Shown: positions 16,474-27,088, counted from the stretch's first letter. The stretch is DNA of 28,282 nt from Alkalinema sp. CAN_BIN05 (GCA_026786325.1 JAJAYH010000176.1:1-28282), one strand, 5' to 3'. Notes: generated by a model not told the origin, from the sequence alone. Numbers and translations: made by a program.

Positions 16474-17823
16474 ATGACTTCTCCTAAGCTGCCCTCCCAA
16501 TCCCTGTCCAAAATTCGATCTCTGCCCATTGAATCCCGATCGACCCATATCCCGATCGTTCTATGGTCCCGTCGAGTCAGTTTGGCTCTGTTATCTCCCA
16601 TTGGATTGGGATTGGTTAGTTTGGGGTTGATGTCTGTTCCGATCGCCCAAGCTCAAACCACGGGCACCGACATCAAATTACTGGAGCCATCAGGACTTGC
16701 GGCAGTGCAGACTCCTAATCCGATCGAGTCCACTAAATCGACCGTAGCCCCGTCCGTTGCACCACATGAAGTTGTTGAAGCTGAAGTGGAGCCAATGGCA
16801 CCTGTTGCAAGTGTTAAGTCAGCGTCTAAGGCTCCGGAATCCATTATTTTTTCCGATCGAACCTCCGGCTGTGACACCACTGTGGCTTGGGGGGCTGCCG
16901 TCGGAAATTTCTGTAAATCCAAACCTCCGGCTTTCGTAGCAACTCCGCATCCCACTGAATTAGTTGAGGCACCGGAATTAGTTGAGGCACCAGAGTCTAT
17001 TGCCGCTGAAGCCAGTGATCTAACTCCTGAACCCGAATCCGAATCAAGCGCCGCCCATTGGGGACCGATTAGTGTCGATCGGCAAGGGATTCAATTCTCT
17101 CCTCCAGATGTTCTCAAGCCCTACTTTAATGGCAATCTAAAACTCCCTAAGATGCCCAGCTTGTCGAGTCTGGGAATGATGTTCCCTCTGGCGCTTCCTT
17201 CGCCAATTACATCCTTGTTTGGCTGGCGGATCCACCCGATTTTCGGTGATCAGCGGATGCATACTGGGATCGACATCGCAGCTCCGTTAGGAACACCTGT
17301 AATTGCCGCGTTGACGGGTAAGGTTTTGCTAGCTGACTTTCTAGGTGGTTACGGTATAACTGTCGCACTAGAGCATGGTCAAGGAAGCCAACAGACCCTC
17401 TATGCCCATCTTTCGGAACTCTTTGTTAAACCGGGGCAAGTAGTTGAAAAGGGCGCAGTTATTGGTCGTGTTGGGACAACTGGAAATTCCACTGGGCCAC
17501 ATCTCCATTTTGAACTTCGTCAGCAATTGCCTGATGGTTCATGGATTGCCCAAGATGCTGGGTTACAGATTGAAGTAGCGCTCAAGGATCTCAATCAATC
17601 ACTTAAAGTCGCCAACCTTCCCCAGACTCCATCGGTTTCACTGCAAGCTCAGCTTCAGCAGGTGCCACAGCCGCAACAGATAGCTCAGGCATCGACTATA
17701 TTTTTGCCGCTGAAAGCCCAGTCTGCGATCGTGAAATTATCCAAGGTGAACGTACTCAAAGCTCCTGTAGAAATGCCTGCAATGCTTCAATCTAAACAAA
17801 TGAAAACGGGCCAGACTCCTTAG
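16474..17823 (+). CDS. M23 family metallo-endopeptidase with N-terminal hydrophobic anchor/signal and low-complexity linker
   Basis: ITSLFGWRIHPI, HTGIDIA (HxxxD), YAHLS and GNSTGPHLHFE (HxH); ELVEAP repeat at 16957-16991. Confidence 0.92.
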   Translation: MTSPKLPSQSLSKIRSLPIESRSTHIPIVLWSRRVSLALLSPIGLGLVSLGLMSVPIAQAQTTGTDIKLLEPSGLAAVQTPNPIESTKSTVAPSVAPHEVVEAEVEPMAPVASVKSASKAPESIIFSDRTSGCDTTVAWGAAVGNFCKSKPPAFVATPHPTELVEAPELVEAPESIAAEASDLTPEPESESSAAHWGPISVDRQGIQFSPPDVLKPYFNGNLKLPKMPSLSSLGMMFPLALPSPITSLFGWRIHPIFGDQRMHTGIDIAAPLGTPVIAALTGKVLLADFLGGYGITVALEHGQGSQQTLYAHLSELFVKPGQVVEKGAVIGRVGTTGNSTGPHLHFELRQQLPDGSWIAQDAGLQIEVALKDLNQSLKVANLPQTPSVSLQAQLQQVPQPQQIAQASTIFLPLKAQSAIVKLSKVNVLKAPVEMPAMLQSKQMKTGQTP

Positions 17824-17935
17824 CGAAATCAATCAACTCTGTAAGTCAGGAAATAAAGATGGACAAAGTTACATCTATTCGGTACTGTTGTACACTGTTG
17901 CAGTTTTTGCAGCGATCGCTTCTTCCCGCCCACCC

Positions 17936-17964
17936 TTGCAGTGCTACAGTGCTTAATTTAATTT
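17936..17964 (+). promoter_or_regulatory. Candidate sigma70-type promoter of the ribosomal protein operon
   Basis: TTGCAG (17936-17941), 17-nt spacer, TAATTT (17959-17964); about 400 nt upstream of rplC. Confidence 0.45.
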
Positions 17965-18371
17965 AGGCGCAATTAGTAGTTATGTGTAGCGAGGGTTCGC
18001 AACCAATAGCTGAGTGGAAGTAGCAACGATGACTCCTTTTCGATTTGGAAACTGTCTTTTCATTGCAATTTCGATTGTTCTGTGAGTTCAAGTCTGGATT
18101 GAGACCCAGTTGGAGTGATGATGCATTTGAGTTGTGATGACTTGTCTGTAACCATGCCTCAGAAGTGGAGTGATTAAGGCGCACTAGTTAATTGTCTTTT
18201 AGGATACTCAAAGATGTATATTGGTGTGCGATCGATTCTTAGATTGATTCTGTCTTGTATAGAATTAACTGTGCGATCGGTCAAACTGTACTGTCCAGAA
18301 CATGTTGAGCGATATTCGTTTCCAACCGCTGTTCACTACGGGATGTAATTAGTAAGGGAGACCCGACTATC

Positions 18372-19010
18372 GTGTCTGTTGGAATTTTAGGGACAAAGCT
18401 TGGGATGACTCAAGTCTTTGACGAACTCGGGAGAGCAATCCCCGTAACGGTGATTCAGGCTGGACCATGCCCAATCACGCAGATCAAAACAAAGGAAACG
18501 GATGGCTATACAGCGATTCAGTATGCCTATGGTGACATCAAGGTAAAGAACTTGAGTAAGCCAGAACTTGGACATTTGAAGAAGTCGGAATCCGCTCCGC
18601 TTCGTCACTTGACCGAAGCCCGCTTACAGGACGTTTCGGAGTACCAACTCGGACAAGCCCTGACGGTTGAACAGTTCTCTGTTGGTCAATTGATCGATGT
18701 AGCTGGACACACGATCGGTCGTGGTTTTTCCGGTTATCAAAAGCGCCACAACTTCGCACGCGGTCCCATGTCCCACGGTTCTAAAAACCATCGTGAGCCT
18801 GGTTCGACGGGTGCAGGTACGACTCCGGGTCGGGTTTATCCTGGTAAGAAAATGGCAGGTCATTATGGCGACGAGCAAGTCACCATCAAACGACTGCACA
18901 TCATTCGTTTGGATACTGAGCGCAATTTGATTTTGGTCAAAGGTGCTGTTCCTGGGAAACCTGGTACGTTGCTGAAGATTGTTCCAACCAATAGTGTGGG
19001 CAAACGATAG
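18372..19010 (+). CDS. rplC: 50S ribosomal protein L3
   Basis: GTG start; [24 protein letters not shown] and [13 protein letters not shown]. Confidence 0.99.
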   Translation: MSVGILGTKLGMTQVFDELGRAIPVTVIQAGPCPITQIKTKETDGYTAIQYAYGDIKVKNLSKPELGHLKKSESAPLRHLTEARLQDVSEYQLGQALTVEQFSVGQLIDVAGHTIGRGFSGYQKRHNFARGPMSHGSKNHREPGSTGAGTTPGRVYPGKKMAGHYGDEQVTIKRLHIIRLDTERNLILVKGAVPGKPGTLLKIVPTNSVGKR

Positions 19011-19051
19011 GCGTAGTACGACCGGGAAAATCTTAGGAGTAGAGAAGAACA

Positions 19052-19687
19052 ATGGCTGAATGTATTGTAAAAGATTGGCAAGGCGCTGAAAAAGGCAAAG
19101 CCGAGCTAGATCTAAGAGTTGCAAAGGAAGAAACGGCATCAGCCGTCGTCCACCGCGCATTGGTTCGTCAACTGGCAAACCAGCGTCAAGGGACAGCTTG
19201 TACCAAAACCCGCGCAGAAGTGAGCGGTGGTGGTCGTAAGCCTTGGAAACAGAAAGGAACAGGTCGTGCTCGTGCTGGGTCTAACCGTTCTCCGCTCTGG
19301 CGCGGTGGTGGTGTCATTTTTGGACCTAAACCACGCGACTACAGCATCAAGATGAACCGTAAGGAACGTCGTTTGGCATTGCGGACTGCGTTCCAAGGCC
19401 GTGTTGCTGATTTGATTGTTGTTGAAGATTTTGGTGCGAACCTAGATCGTCCTAAAACCAAAGATATGCTTGCAGCATTTTCTCGGTGGGGCGTTGTCGC
19501 TGGGGCGAAAGTCTTGGTAATCTTGGCCGATCGTGACGAAAATGCATACCTCTCGCTTCGTAACGTCGCAGGTGTCAAGGTAATTACGTCCGGCAACTTA
19601 AACATGTTTGATCTATTGAATTCAGATCAAATTGTTGTAACGGCATCAGCGATCGACAGCATTAAGGAGGTTTACGGTGACGACTAG
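19052..19687 (+). CDS. rplD: 50S ribosomal protein L4
   Basis: [27 protein letters not shown] and [13 protein letters not shown]. Confidence 0.99.
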   Translation: MAECIVKDWQGAEKGKAELDLRVAKEETASAVVHRALVRQLANQRQGTACTKTRAEVSGGGRKPWKQKGTGRARAGSNRSPLWRGGGVIFGPKPRDYSIKMNRKERRLALRTAFQGRVADLIVVEDFGANLDRPKTKDMLAAFSRWGVVAGAKVLVILADRDENAYLSLRNVAGVKVITSGNLNMFDLLNSDQIVVTASAIDSIKEVYGDD

Positions 19688-19985
19688 TACGACAGACCTG
19701 CGGGCGCTTGCGGACTTGATCCGTCGCCCAATCATCACGGAAAAAGCAACGATCGCGCTGGAAAATAACCAGTTCACGTTTGAAGTGAATCCGAAGGCCA
19801 AAAAGCCTGAAATTAAAGCCGCCATTGAATACTTGTTCAAGGTGAAAGTGGTGGGAATTAGCACCATGAACCCTCCTTACAAGAAAAAGCGCGTTGGTAA
19901 GTTTTTGGGTCGTAAGCCTCACTACAAAAAAGCCATCGTGACCTTGGCTGAAGGCGATTCGATTGCATTATTCCCAGAGTCGTAG
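19677..19985 (+). CDS. rplW: 50S ribosomal protein L23
   Basis: [20 protein letters not shown] and YKKAIVTL; GTG start overlaps the rplD end by 11 nt. Confidence 0.98.
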   Translation: MTTSTTDLRALADLIRRPIITEKATIALENNQFTFEVNPKAKKPEIKAAIEYLFKVKVVGISTMNPPYKKKRVGKFLGRKPHYKKAIVTLAEGDSIALFPES

Positions 19986-20060
19986 AGTTTTAGAGCCGTT
20001 CTCTTAAGTCTTCATCTCAAACATTCTGTAATCCATTCGTAGTTAGTAAGGAGTTAAGTC

Positions 20061-20924
20061 ATGGGTATTCGGATTTATCGCCCTACGACCGCAGGAACTC
20101 GCGATCGTAGTGTGGCTGATTTCGTCGAAATCACCAAGAGTGAGCCTGAGAAATCTCTCACCATGCGGGTCCACCGCAACAAAGGCCGTAACAACCGAGG
20201 CGTTATTACTTGTCGCCATCGCGGTGGCGGTCACAAACGCATCTATCGGATGATCGACTTCCGTCGTGATAAGAAAGGCATTCCCGCCAAAGTCGCAGCC
20301 ATTGAGTACGATCCGAACCGGAACGCACGCATCGCTCTTCTGTTCTATCAGGACGGCGAAAAGCGTTACATCCTTCATCCCGTCGGACTGCAAGTCGGTG
20401 CAACGGTGATCTCGGCGGATACCGCTCCCTTTGAAATCGGTAACACGATGCCATTGTCGGCGATTCCGTTGGGAACCACCGTTCACAACGTCGAACTGTA
20501 TCCTGGCCGTGGTGGTCAAATGGTGCGATCGGCTGGTGCTGGCGCTCAGGTTTCGGCTAAAGATGGCGATTACGTCACCTTGAAGCTTCCCTCGACTGAA
20601 GTTCGCTTAATTCGTAAAGAATGTTTGGCGACGATTGGTCAAGTGGGTAACACCGAGCATCGCAACATCACCTTGGGCAAAGCAGGTCGGACCCGTCATA
20701 AAGGTCGCCGTCCTCAAGTTCGGGGTAGCGTCATGAACCCTTGCGATCACCCTCATGGTGGTGGTGAAGGTCGTGCGCCGATCGGACGCTCTGGGCCTGT
20801 TACTCCTTGGGGTAAGCCGACTCTGGGTAAAAAGACTCGGAACAAGAAAAAACTCAGCAGCGCATACATTGTTCGTCGTCGCCGTAAGTCGTCCAAGCGC
20901 GGACGCGGCGGTCGTGAGTCCTAG
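20061..20924 (+). CDS. rplB: 50S ribosomal protein L2
   Basis: [21 protein letters not shown] and [13 protein letters not shown]. Confidence 0.99.
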   Translation: MGIRIYRPTTAGTRDRSVADFVEITKSEPEKSLTMRVHRNKGRNNRGVITCRHRGGGHKRIYRMIDFRRDKKGIPAKVAAIEYDPNRNARIALLFYQDGEKRYILHPVGLQVGATVISADTAPFEIGNTMPLSAIPLGTTVHNVELYPGRGGQMVRSAGAGAQVSAKDGDYVTLKLPSTEVRLIRKECLATIGQVGNTEHRNITLGKAGRTRHKGRRPQVRGSVMNPCDHPHGGGEGRAPIGRSGPVTPWGKPTLGKKTRNKKKLSSAYIVRRRRKSSKRGRGGRES

Positions 20925-20946
20925 AATCTAAAGGGAGAAACCTTAA

Positions 20947-21222
20947 ATGTCTCGTTCTCTAAAGAAAGGTCCTTTTGTCGCAGATCATCTCCTACGTAAA
21001 GTAGAAGCGGCTCGTGCCAAAAATGACAACTCGGTGATCAAAACCTGGTCCCGAGCGTCCACAATCCTGCCCCAAATGATCGGTATGACGTTCGCAGTTC
21101 ACAATGGCAAAATCCATGTGCCTGTCTTCGTCAACGAGCAGATGGTCGGTCACAAGCTAGGTGAATTCTCACCTACGCGGACCTTCCGGGGACATGGTGC
21201 TGATAAGAAAGCGCGTCGCTAA
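20947..21222 (+). CDS. rpsS: 30S ribosomal protein S19
   Basis: [16 protein letters not shown] and [11 protein letters not shown]. Confidence 0.99.
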   Translation: MSRSLKKGPFVADHLLRKVEAARAKNDNSVIKTWSRASTILPQMIGMTFAVHNGKIHVPVFVNEQMVGHKLGEFSPTRTFRGHGADKKARR

Positions 21223-21237
21223 ACTGGAGGCTAAGTT

Positions 21238-21609
21238 ATGGCAGTTGCACTGAAATCTAACGAAGCGATCGCGAGCGCCATGTATATCCGCATGTCGCCT
21301 CGCAAGGTTCGCCGGGTTCTCGACCAAGTTCGAGGCCGTTCATACCGAGAAGCACTAATTATTCTCGAATTCATGCCCTATCGTGCCTGCGAACCGATTA
21401 TTAAGGTTCTCAGATCTGCGGTAGCGAATGCAGAAAACAACATGGGTCTGAACCGATCGTCCCTTATGGTGTCCCAGGCTTATGCCGACATGGGTCCATC
21501 TCTGAAGCGATTCCGCCCTCGGGCACAGGGCCGCGCCTTCCAAATCCGCAAACCGACGTGTCACATCACAATTACTGTGGCTCCCGGCGCAGAAGCAGAA
21601 GAAGCTTAG
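21238..21609 (+). CDS. rplV: 50S ribosomal protein L22
   Basis: [17 protein letters not shown] and [12 protein letters not shown]. Confidence 0.99.
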   Translation: MAVALKSNEAIASAMYIRMSPRKVRRVLDQVRGRSYREALIILEFMPYRACEPIIKVLRSAVANAENNMGLNRSSLMVSQAYADMGPSLKRFRPRAQGRAFQIRKPTCHITITVAPGAEAEEA

Positions 21610-21637
21610 TCCTTAACGGATTCGTCCTTAACGTATT
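21609..21637. repeat. Tandem direct repeat GTCCTTAACG(N)ATT x2, period 15
   Basis: GTCCTTAACG at 21609-21618 and 21624-21633 in the rplV-rpsC spacer. Confidence 0.9.
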
Positions 21638-21657
21638 AATCAGAGAGAACAACCCCA

Positions 21658-22404
21658 ATGGGACAGAAAATTCACCCCACAGGCTTACGCCTCGGAATTA
21701 CCAAAGAACACCGTTCACGGTGGTATGCGGATTTCAGTCGTTACCCTGCTTTGCTCCAAGAAGACTACAAAATTCGCCACTTCTTCACGAAGAATCCCCT
21801 CAAGTTGTCTAACTTGAACAAACCTGGGATTTCCGACATTCGGATTGAGCGGAAAGCGGAACAAGTAGACATCGAAGTTCGCACCTCTCGTCCCGGCGTA
21901 ATTGTCGGACGGGGTGGCGCAGGCATCGAAGAACTACGCCTTCGCCTTCAAACCTTGCTCGGTGGTTCCAAGCAAGTCCGCATTAATGTCGTCGAAGTTG
22001 CCCGCGTTGATGCAGATGCTGCATTGATTGGCGAGTATATCGCCGAGCAACTCGAACGTCGGGTTTCCTTCCGTCGGGTTGTGCGTCAAGCCATTCAACG
22101 TGCTCAGCGTGCTGGCGTGTTGGGTATCAAAATTCAAGTGTCTGGTCGTTTAAACGGTGCAGAAATTGCCCGTCCTGAATGGACCCGTGAAGGCCGAGTT
22201 CCCTTGCATACACTGCGAGCGGACATCGACTATTGCCAATGCACCGCACAAACTATCTACGGAACCTTGGGTCTGAAGATTTGGGTGTTTAACGGTGAGA
22301 TCATTCCGGGACAAGAACTGGTGGAAGCAGCCGCTCCCCAGCAACGGCCCCGTCGTGGCGGTAATCAACGCCGTAAGTTTGAAGATCGATCTAACGAAGG
22401 CTAA
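21658..22404 (+). CDS. rpsC: 30S ribosomal protein S3
   Basis: [34 protein letters not shown] and [14 protein letters not shown]. Confidence 0.99.
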   Translation: MGQKIHPTGLRLGITKEHRSRWYADFSRYPALLQEDYKIRHFFTKNPLKLSNLNKPGISDIRIERKAEQVDIEVRTSRPGVIVGRGGAGIEELRLRLQTLLGGSKQVRINVVEVARVDADAALIGEYIAEQLERRVSFRRVVRQAIQRAQRAGVLGIKIQVSGRLNGAEIARPEWTREGRVPLHTLRADIDYCQCTAQTIYGTLGLKIWVFNGEIIPGQELVEAAAPQQRPRRGGNQRRKFEDRSNEG

Positions 22405-22409
22405 TCAAG

Positions 22410-22841
22410 ATGTTAAGTCCAAGAAGAACAAAATACCGTAAGCAACAGCGCGGTCGGATGAAGGGATTGGCCAGTCGCGGTTGTGATCTCAACTTCGGTG
22501 AGTTTGGTTTACAAGCGACCGAATGCTGTTGGATTACGTCCCGCCAGATTGAAGCGAGTCGTCGTGCGATGACCCGTCATATCAAACGGGGCGGCCAAAT
22601 CTGGATTCGTATTTTCCCAGACAAGCCCGTAACGGCCCGCCCTGCTGAAACCCGGATGGGTTCTGGTAAAGGTGCGCCTGAATATTGGGTGGCCGTGGTA
22701 AAACCCGGTCGCATCATGTTCGAAATCGGTGGAGTGGCTGAAGATATTGCTCGCGAAGCGATGCGATTGGCTCAGTTCAAACTTCCTATCAAGACCAAAT
22801 TTGTTGTTCGTCCCACTCCTGCGGCTACGGAGGAGTCTTAA
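22410..22841 (+). CDS. rplP: 50S ribosomal protein L16
   Basis: [22 protein letters not shown] and RMGSGKG. Confidence 0.99.
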   Translation: MLSPRRTKYRKQQRGRMKGLASRGCDLNFGEFGLQATECCWITSRQIEASRRAMTRHIKRGGQIWIRIFPDKPVTARPAETRMGSGKGAPEYWVAVVKPGRIMFEIGGVAEDIAREAMRLAQFKLPIKTKFVVRPTPAATEES

Positions 22842-22847
22842 TAAACT

Positions 22848-23063
22848 ATGTCTCTTCCTAAGATTGCAGATTCACGGAAACTCAATGACCAAGAGCTTGA
22901 AGCTCGGGTCTTGGAACTAAAACGTCAACTTTTTGACCTTCGGTTTAAGAAAGGCACTCGCCAGTTGGACAAGCCCCACCAGTTCAAACATATTCGGCAT
23001 GAGATCGCTCAATTGCTGACGGTTGAACGAGAGCGGCAAATCACAGCAGTTGAAGCGGAGTAA
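22848..23063 (+). CDS. rpmC: 50S ribosomal protein L29
   Basis: [15 protein letters not shown] and IAQLLTV; operon position. Confidence 0.98.
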   Translation: MSLPKIADSRKLNDQELEARVLELKRQLFDLRFKKGTRQLDKPHQFKHIRHEIAQLLTVERERQITAVEAE

Positions 23064-23071
23064 TTAAACCC

Positions 23072-23320
23072 ATGGCAGTCAAACAGAGAGTTGGTGTCGT
23101 TGTGAGCGACAAAATGGATAAAACCGTTGTTGTGGCGATTGAAAGCCGCACCACCCATCCGAGATACGGCAAAATCGTAGTTCGGACCAAGCGGTATAAA
23201 GCTCACGACGAAGAAAATAAATGTAAAATCGGCGATCGCGTCCGAATCCAGGAAACTCGCCCGCTCAGTCGCTCTAAGCGCTGGAACGTGGCAGACATCC
23301 TAACCGTTTCACAAGGCTAG
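23072..23320 (+). CDS. rpsQ: 30S ribosomal protein S17
   Basis: [20 protein letters not shown] and [11 protein letters not shown]. Confidence 0.99.
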   Translation: MAVKQRVGVVVSDKMDKTVVVAIESRTTHPRYGKIVVRTKRYKAHDEENKCKIGDRVRIQETRPLSRSKRWNVADILTVSQG

Positions 23321-23330
23321 AGGTTTAGTC

Positions 23331-23699
23331 ATGATCCAACAGGAAAGTTATCTGAATGTGGCAGACAACAGCGGTGCCCGGAAGCTAATGTGCATCCGAG
23401 TCATCGGTGGTGGAAACCGTCGTTACGCTGGTGTTGGCGACATTATTGTCGCTGTTGTTAAAGACGCAACGCCTAACATGAGCATCAAAAAATCTGATGT
23501 TGTTAAAGCTGTCGTTGTTCGGACCCGTCACACGGTTCGCCGGGACAGCGGAATGAGCATTCGGTTTGATGATAATGCCGCTGTCATCATCAACCCCGAT
23601 GGCAACCCAAAAGGCACTCGCGTCTTCGGACCTGTGGCTCGTGAATTGCGCGACAAGAACTACATGAAAATCGTGTCTCTTGCTCCGGAGGTTCTTTAA
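23331..23699 (+). CDS. rplN: 50S ribosomal protein L14
   Basis: [15 protein letters not shown] and [13 protein letters not shown]. Confidence 0.99.
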   Translation: MIQQESYLNVADNSGARKLMCIRVIGGGNRRYAGVGDIIVAVVKDATPNMSIKKSDVVKAVVVRTRHTVRRDSGMSIRFDDNAAVIINPDGNPKGTRVFGPVARELRDKNYMKIVSLAPEVL

Positions 23700-23702
23700 G
23701 CC

Positions 23703-24053
23703 ATGCCAAAGGTACATGACAAAACAGCGAAAACAGCCAAAAAGTTGCATGTGAAATCCGGTGACACCGTAATGGTGATTGCAGGACATAGCAAAGGCAC
23801 GATCGCGGAAGTCATCAAGGCCATCCCTAGTGAAAACCAGGTGATTGTCAAGGGTGTGAATATGCAGACCAAACACGTCAAGCCCCAGGGCGAAGGCGAA
23901 ACCGGACGCATTGACATCGCGGAAGCGCCCATCCATGCGTCCAATGTCCAACTTTATTCCACCAAAGAAAGCACTGTGAGCCGCGTTGGTTCTGCGATCA
24001 AGGATGGTAAAAAAGTGCGGATTCTTAAGAAGACTGGTGAGATTCTGGATTAA
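23703..24053 (+). CDS. rplX: 50S ribosomal protein L24
   Basis: KOW motif [18 protein letters not shown] and EAPIHASNV. Confidence 0.98.
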   Translation: MPKVHDKTAKTAKKLHVKSGDTVMVIAGHSKGTIAEVIKAIPSENQVIVKGVNMQTKHVKPQGEGETGRIDIAEAPIHASNVQLYSTKESTVSRVGSAIKDGKKVRILKKTGEILD

Positions 24054-24094
24054 TTTCCGGATTCAATCTCAAGACTTCTATCAATCATTAGCTA

Positions 24095-24114
24095 TCCCTG
24101 ACCAAGCCCAGGGA
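24095..24114 (+). promoter_or_regulatory. Stem-loop just upstream of rplE, a candidate translational operator
   Basis: TCCCTG-ACCAAGCC-CAGGGA, a perfect 6-bp stem ending 14 nt before the rplE ATG. Confidence 0.5.
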
Positions 24115-24128
24115 AAGGATTCACACCC

Positions 24129-24674
24129 ATGACTCAGCGTTTAAAAACGGTCTATAACGAGACCGTTGTTCCAAAATTAATGGAACAATTCAGTTATACA
24201 AATATTCACCAAGTTCCCAAGCTGACTAAAATCAGCATTAACCGGGGATTGGGTGAAGCGTCTCAAAATGCTAAGGCATTAGAAGCGTCCATCAAGGAAA
24301 TCTCAACCATCACTGGACAACGCCCCGTCGTTACCCGTGCTCGGAAGGCGATCGCAGGCTTTAAAATCCGCGAAGGAATGCCCGTTGGGATGATGGTTAC
24401 ATTGCGCGGTGAGCGGATGTATGCCTTCCTCGATCGGTTTGTTAACTTAGCATTGCCCCGCATTCGCGATTTTCGTGGGGTTAGCCCCAAGAGCTTCGAC
24501 GGACGAGGCAACTACACGATTGGTTTGCGCGAGCAGCTTATCTTCCCGGAAGTTGAGTATGACAACGTAGATCAAGTTCGCGGGATGGATATTTCAATCA
24601 TCACCACGGCAAATTCGGACGAAGAAGGTCGGGCCTTGCTGAAGGAATTCGGAATGCCCTTCCGCGAGAATTAA
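24129..24674 (+). CDS. rplE: 50S ribosomal protein L5
   Basis: [31 protein letters not shown] and GMDISI. Confidence 0.99.
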   Translation: MTQRLKTVYNETVVPKLMEQFSYTNIHQVPKLTKISINRGLGEASQNAKALEASIKEISTITGQRPVVTRARKAIAGFKIREGMPVGMMVTLRGERMYAFLDRFVNLALPRIRDFRGVSPKSFDGRGNYTIGLREQLIFPEVEYDNVDQVRGMDISIITTANSDEEGRALLKEFGMPFREN

Positions 24675-24728
24675 TCGGTTCATCGAGAAAATGGCAGCTT
24701 ATAAAGAGCGCACCCAAGAGGCAAATTA

Positions 24729-25133
24729 ATGGCAGTTAATGACACCATTTCAGACATGTTGACCCGCATTCGTAATGCAGGTCTCGCGCGTCATGAAATC
24801 ACCAATGTGCCTGCCACCAAGATGACCCGTAGCATTGCAGCGGTTCTCAAGGCGGAAGGATTCATTGGCGAATACGAAGATTCGGGTGAAGGTATTCTGA
24901 CGAATATCGCTATCACCATCAAATATAAAGGTCGCAATCGCAGTAAACCGCTGATTACGAACCTGAAACGTGTAAGCCGTCCCGGTTTGCGTGTGTATTC
25001 AAATTGTAAGGAATTGCCTAAGGTTCTGGGTGGAATTGGGGTCGCAGTGATCTCCACCTCCAACGGCCTTATGACCGATCGCCAAGCCCGTCGGGCAGGT
25101 GTCGGCGGCGAAGTTCTCTGTTACGTCTGGTAG
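24729..25133 (+). CDS. rpsH: 30S ribosomal protein S8
   Basis: [21 protein letters not shown] and GGEVLCYVW. Confidence 0.99.
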   Translation: MAVNDTISDMLTRIRNAGLARHEITNVPATKMTRSIAAVLKAEGFIGEYEDSGEGILTNIAITIKYKGRNRSKPLITNLKRVSRPGLRVYSNCKELPKVLGGIGVAVISTSNGLMTDRQARRAGVGGEVLCYVW

Positions 25134-25157
25134 ATTCGTCATCGAGGTTGATTCAGT

Positions 25158-25703
25158 ATGTCGCGTATTGGTAAGCGTCCGATTCCGGTCCCTGATAAAG
25201 TTACGGTGACGATCGAAGGTCAAACCGTAACTGTCAAGGGTCCAAAGGGAGAACTCTCCCGCACATTGCCTCCTGAAGTCGAAATACTTCTAGAAGGCGA
25301 AACCGTTCTCGTCAATCGACGGAACGAATCTCGTCCTGCACGTCAGCGCCACGGCTTATGTCGTACGTTGATTGCCAACATGGTTGAAGGGGTCTCTCAA
25401 GGCTTCATCAAAAAGTTAGAAATTCAAGGCGTGGGCTATCGTGCTGCGGTTCAAGGCAAAATCTTGAATCTCGCCATGGGGTTTAGCCATCCGGTAAATA
25501 TCGATCCTCCAGAAGGAATTTCTTTCTTGGTGGAAGGTACAACAAACGTTACCGTCAGCGGAATCGACAAAGAAGTTGTGGGTAACACCGCAGCTCGGAT
25601 TCGTGCCGTGCGTCCTCCTGAGCCTTACAAGGGCAAAGGAATTCGTTATGCTGGCGAAATCGTCCGAAGAAAGGTTGGTAAGACTGGCGGTAAGAAAAAA
25701 TAA
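25158..25703 (+). CDS. rplF: 50S ribosomal protein L6
   Basis: [17 protein letters not shown] and [13 protein letters not shown]. Confidence 0.99.
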   Translation: MSRIGKRPIPVPDKVTVTIEGQTVTVKGPKGELSRTLPPEVEILLEGETVLVNRRNESRPARQRHGLCRTLIANMVEGVSQGFIKKLEIQGVGYRAAVQGKILNLAMGFSHPVNIDPPEGISFLVEGTTNVTVSGIDKEVVGNTAARIRAVRPPEPYKGKGIRYAGEIVRRKVGKTGGKKK

Positions 25704-25706
25704 ATC

Positions 25707-26072
25707 ATGAAAGCAAGAAGTCGCAAAGAATTAACTCAGCGTCGTCACTCTCGGATTCGTCGCGCCCTGTCTGGAACGGCTGAACGTCCCCGGATGGCGG
25801 TGTTCCGATCGAATCAGAACATTTATGTTCAAGTGATCGATGATGTTTCGCACAGCACTCTAGTTTCAGCATCTACTGTTGATCCTGAGATTAAAGGCAA
25901 GCTTGAATTGGGTTCTAACTGCTCCGCAGCAGTAGAAGTCGGCAAGCTGATTGCATCTCGTGCGAAGGCAAAGGGCATTGCACAGGTTGTATTCGATCGT
26001 GGTGGGAATCTCTACCATGGTCGGGTGGCAGCTTTGGCAGACGCGGCCCGTGAAGGCGGTTTAGATTTCTAA
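25707..26072 (+). CDS. rplR: 50S ribosomal protein L18
   Basis: [16 protein letters not shown] and [18 protein letters not shown]. Confidence 0.99.
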   Translation: MKARSRKELTQRRHSRIRRALSGTAERPRMAVFRSNQNIYVQVIDDVSHSTLVSASTVDPEIKGKLELGSNCSAAVEVGKLIASRAKAKGIAQVVFDRGGNLYHGRVAALADAAREGGLDF

Positions 26073-26083
26073 AAGAGGATAAA

Positions 26084-26605
26084 ATGGCTAAAGGTCGTAA
26101 GAATACCAAAGCCCGCGAAGAGAAATCTGAATGGCAAGAACGGGTTGTACAAATCCGTCGAGTCACGAAGGTTGTCAAGGGCGGTAAGAAACTAAGTTTC
26201 CGGGCGATCGTTGTCGTCGGTAACGAAAAAGGTCAAGTCGGCGTGGGTGTCGGCAAGGCTAGTGACGTGATTGGCGCGGTTAAGAAAGGTGTTGTTGATG
26301 GTAAGAAGCATCTCGTTGAAGTGCCTCTAACTAAATCCAGCTCCATTCCTCACCCCACAACAGGTCGTTCCGTTGGTGCGAAAGTGCTAATGCGTCCGGC
26401 TGCTCCGGGTACCGGAGTAATTGCTGGGGGCGCGGTTCGGACTGTTTTGGAAATGGCAGGTGTGAAAAACATCCTTGCGAAGCAACTGGGTTCAAATAAT
26501 CCGTTGAATAATGCTCGCGCTGCTTTAGAAGCACTCGAAACCCTCCGCACCTTCCAGCAAGTTGCAGACGAGCGCGGCATTACCCTTCAGCAACTGTACT
26601 CCTAG
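26084..26605 (+). CDS. rpsE: 30S ribosomal protein S5
   Basis: [17 protein letters not shown] and [12 protein letters not shown]. Confidence 0.99.
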   Translation: MAKGRKNTKAREEKSEWQERVVQIRRVTKVVKGGKKLSFRAIVVVGNEKGQVGVGVGKASDVIGAVKKGVVDGKKHLVEVPLTKSSSIPHPTTGRSVGAKVLMRPAAPGTGVIAGGAVRTVLEMAGVKNILAKQLGSNNPLNNARAALEALETLRTFQQVADERGITLQQLYS

Positions 26606-26617
26606 AGGTAATCCCCC

Positions 26618-27061
26618 ATGAGAATCGCTGATGCACAGCCCCAAGAGGGTTCTACTAAGCGCGGTCGTCGCGTAGGCCGTGGTATTGCTGCCGGACAAGG
26701 CGCAAGCTGCGGATTTGGAATGCGCGGTCAAAAATCCCGATCGGGTCGTCCGACTCGCCCTGGATTTGAAGGTGGTCAAACGCCTTTGTATCGCCGCTTG
26801 CCAAAATTGAAGGGCTTTACCATAGTCAATCACAAGGAATTCACCATCATCAATTTGGATGATCTGGAAGGACTTGCAGCAACGTCTGAAGTCACTCTAG
26901 CTAGCCTTTTAGAAGCCGGAATTCTAACTCAGAATGACGGTCCTCTTAAAGTGTTGGGTGGTGGTGAACTCAAAATAGCGCTTACGGTTAAAGCTGCTGC
27001 ATTTACTAAAAGTGCAAAGGCTTCGATCATTGCTGCTGGCGGAACCTGTGAAGTGGTTTAG
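26618..27061 (+). CDS. rplO: 50S ribosomal protein L15
   Basis: [11 protein letters not shown] and [15 protein letters not shown]. Confidence 0.99.
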   Translation: MRIADAQPQEGSTKRGRRVGRGIAAGQGASCGFGMRGQKSRSGRPTRPGFEGGQTPLYRRLPKLKGFTIVNHKEFTIINLDDLEGLAATSEVTLASLLEAGILTQNDGPLKVLGGGELKIALTVKAAAFTKSAKASIIAAGGTCEVV

Positions 27062-27088
27062 TTTGAATCCTGATTTGGGATAAAACAA

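Larger units (their letters stand above)
490..24355. repeat. HIP1 octamer GCGATCGC, dispersed
   Basis: At least 15 exact copies counted by eye, starting at 490, 1745, 1994, 4657, 5273, 6017, 8545, 10693, 11221, 11452, 15399, 17912, 21265, 23232 and 24348; fewer than 1 would be expected by chance in 28 kb. Confidence 0.95.

Noticed and set aside
18084-18095. tRNA T-loop-like GTTCAAGTC suggesting a tRNA gene
   Set aside because: The T-stem pairs for only about 2 bp, and no acceptor, D or anticodon arms can be built around it.
17963-18184. 73-aa minus-strand ORF in the rplC upstream region
   Set aside because: Ser/Asn-rich low-information sequence with no recognisable motif or SD, antisense to the probable operon leader.
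21781-21830. Short insertion ([11 protein letters not shown]) in the S3 N-terminal domain
   Set aside because: This segment varies in length among cyanobacterial S3 proteins as I recall them, with no sign of an intein or functional novelty.
18372-27061. Absence of rpsJ, rpsN and rpmD from the S10/spc cluster
   Set aside because: This is the normal cyanobacterial arrangement, not a lesion.
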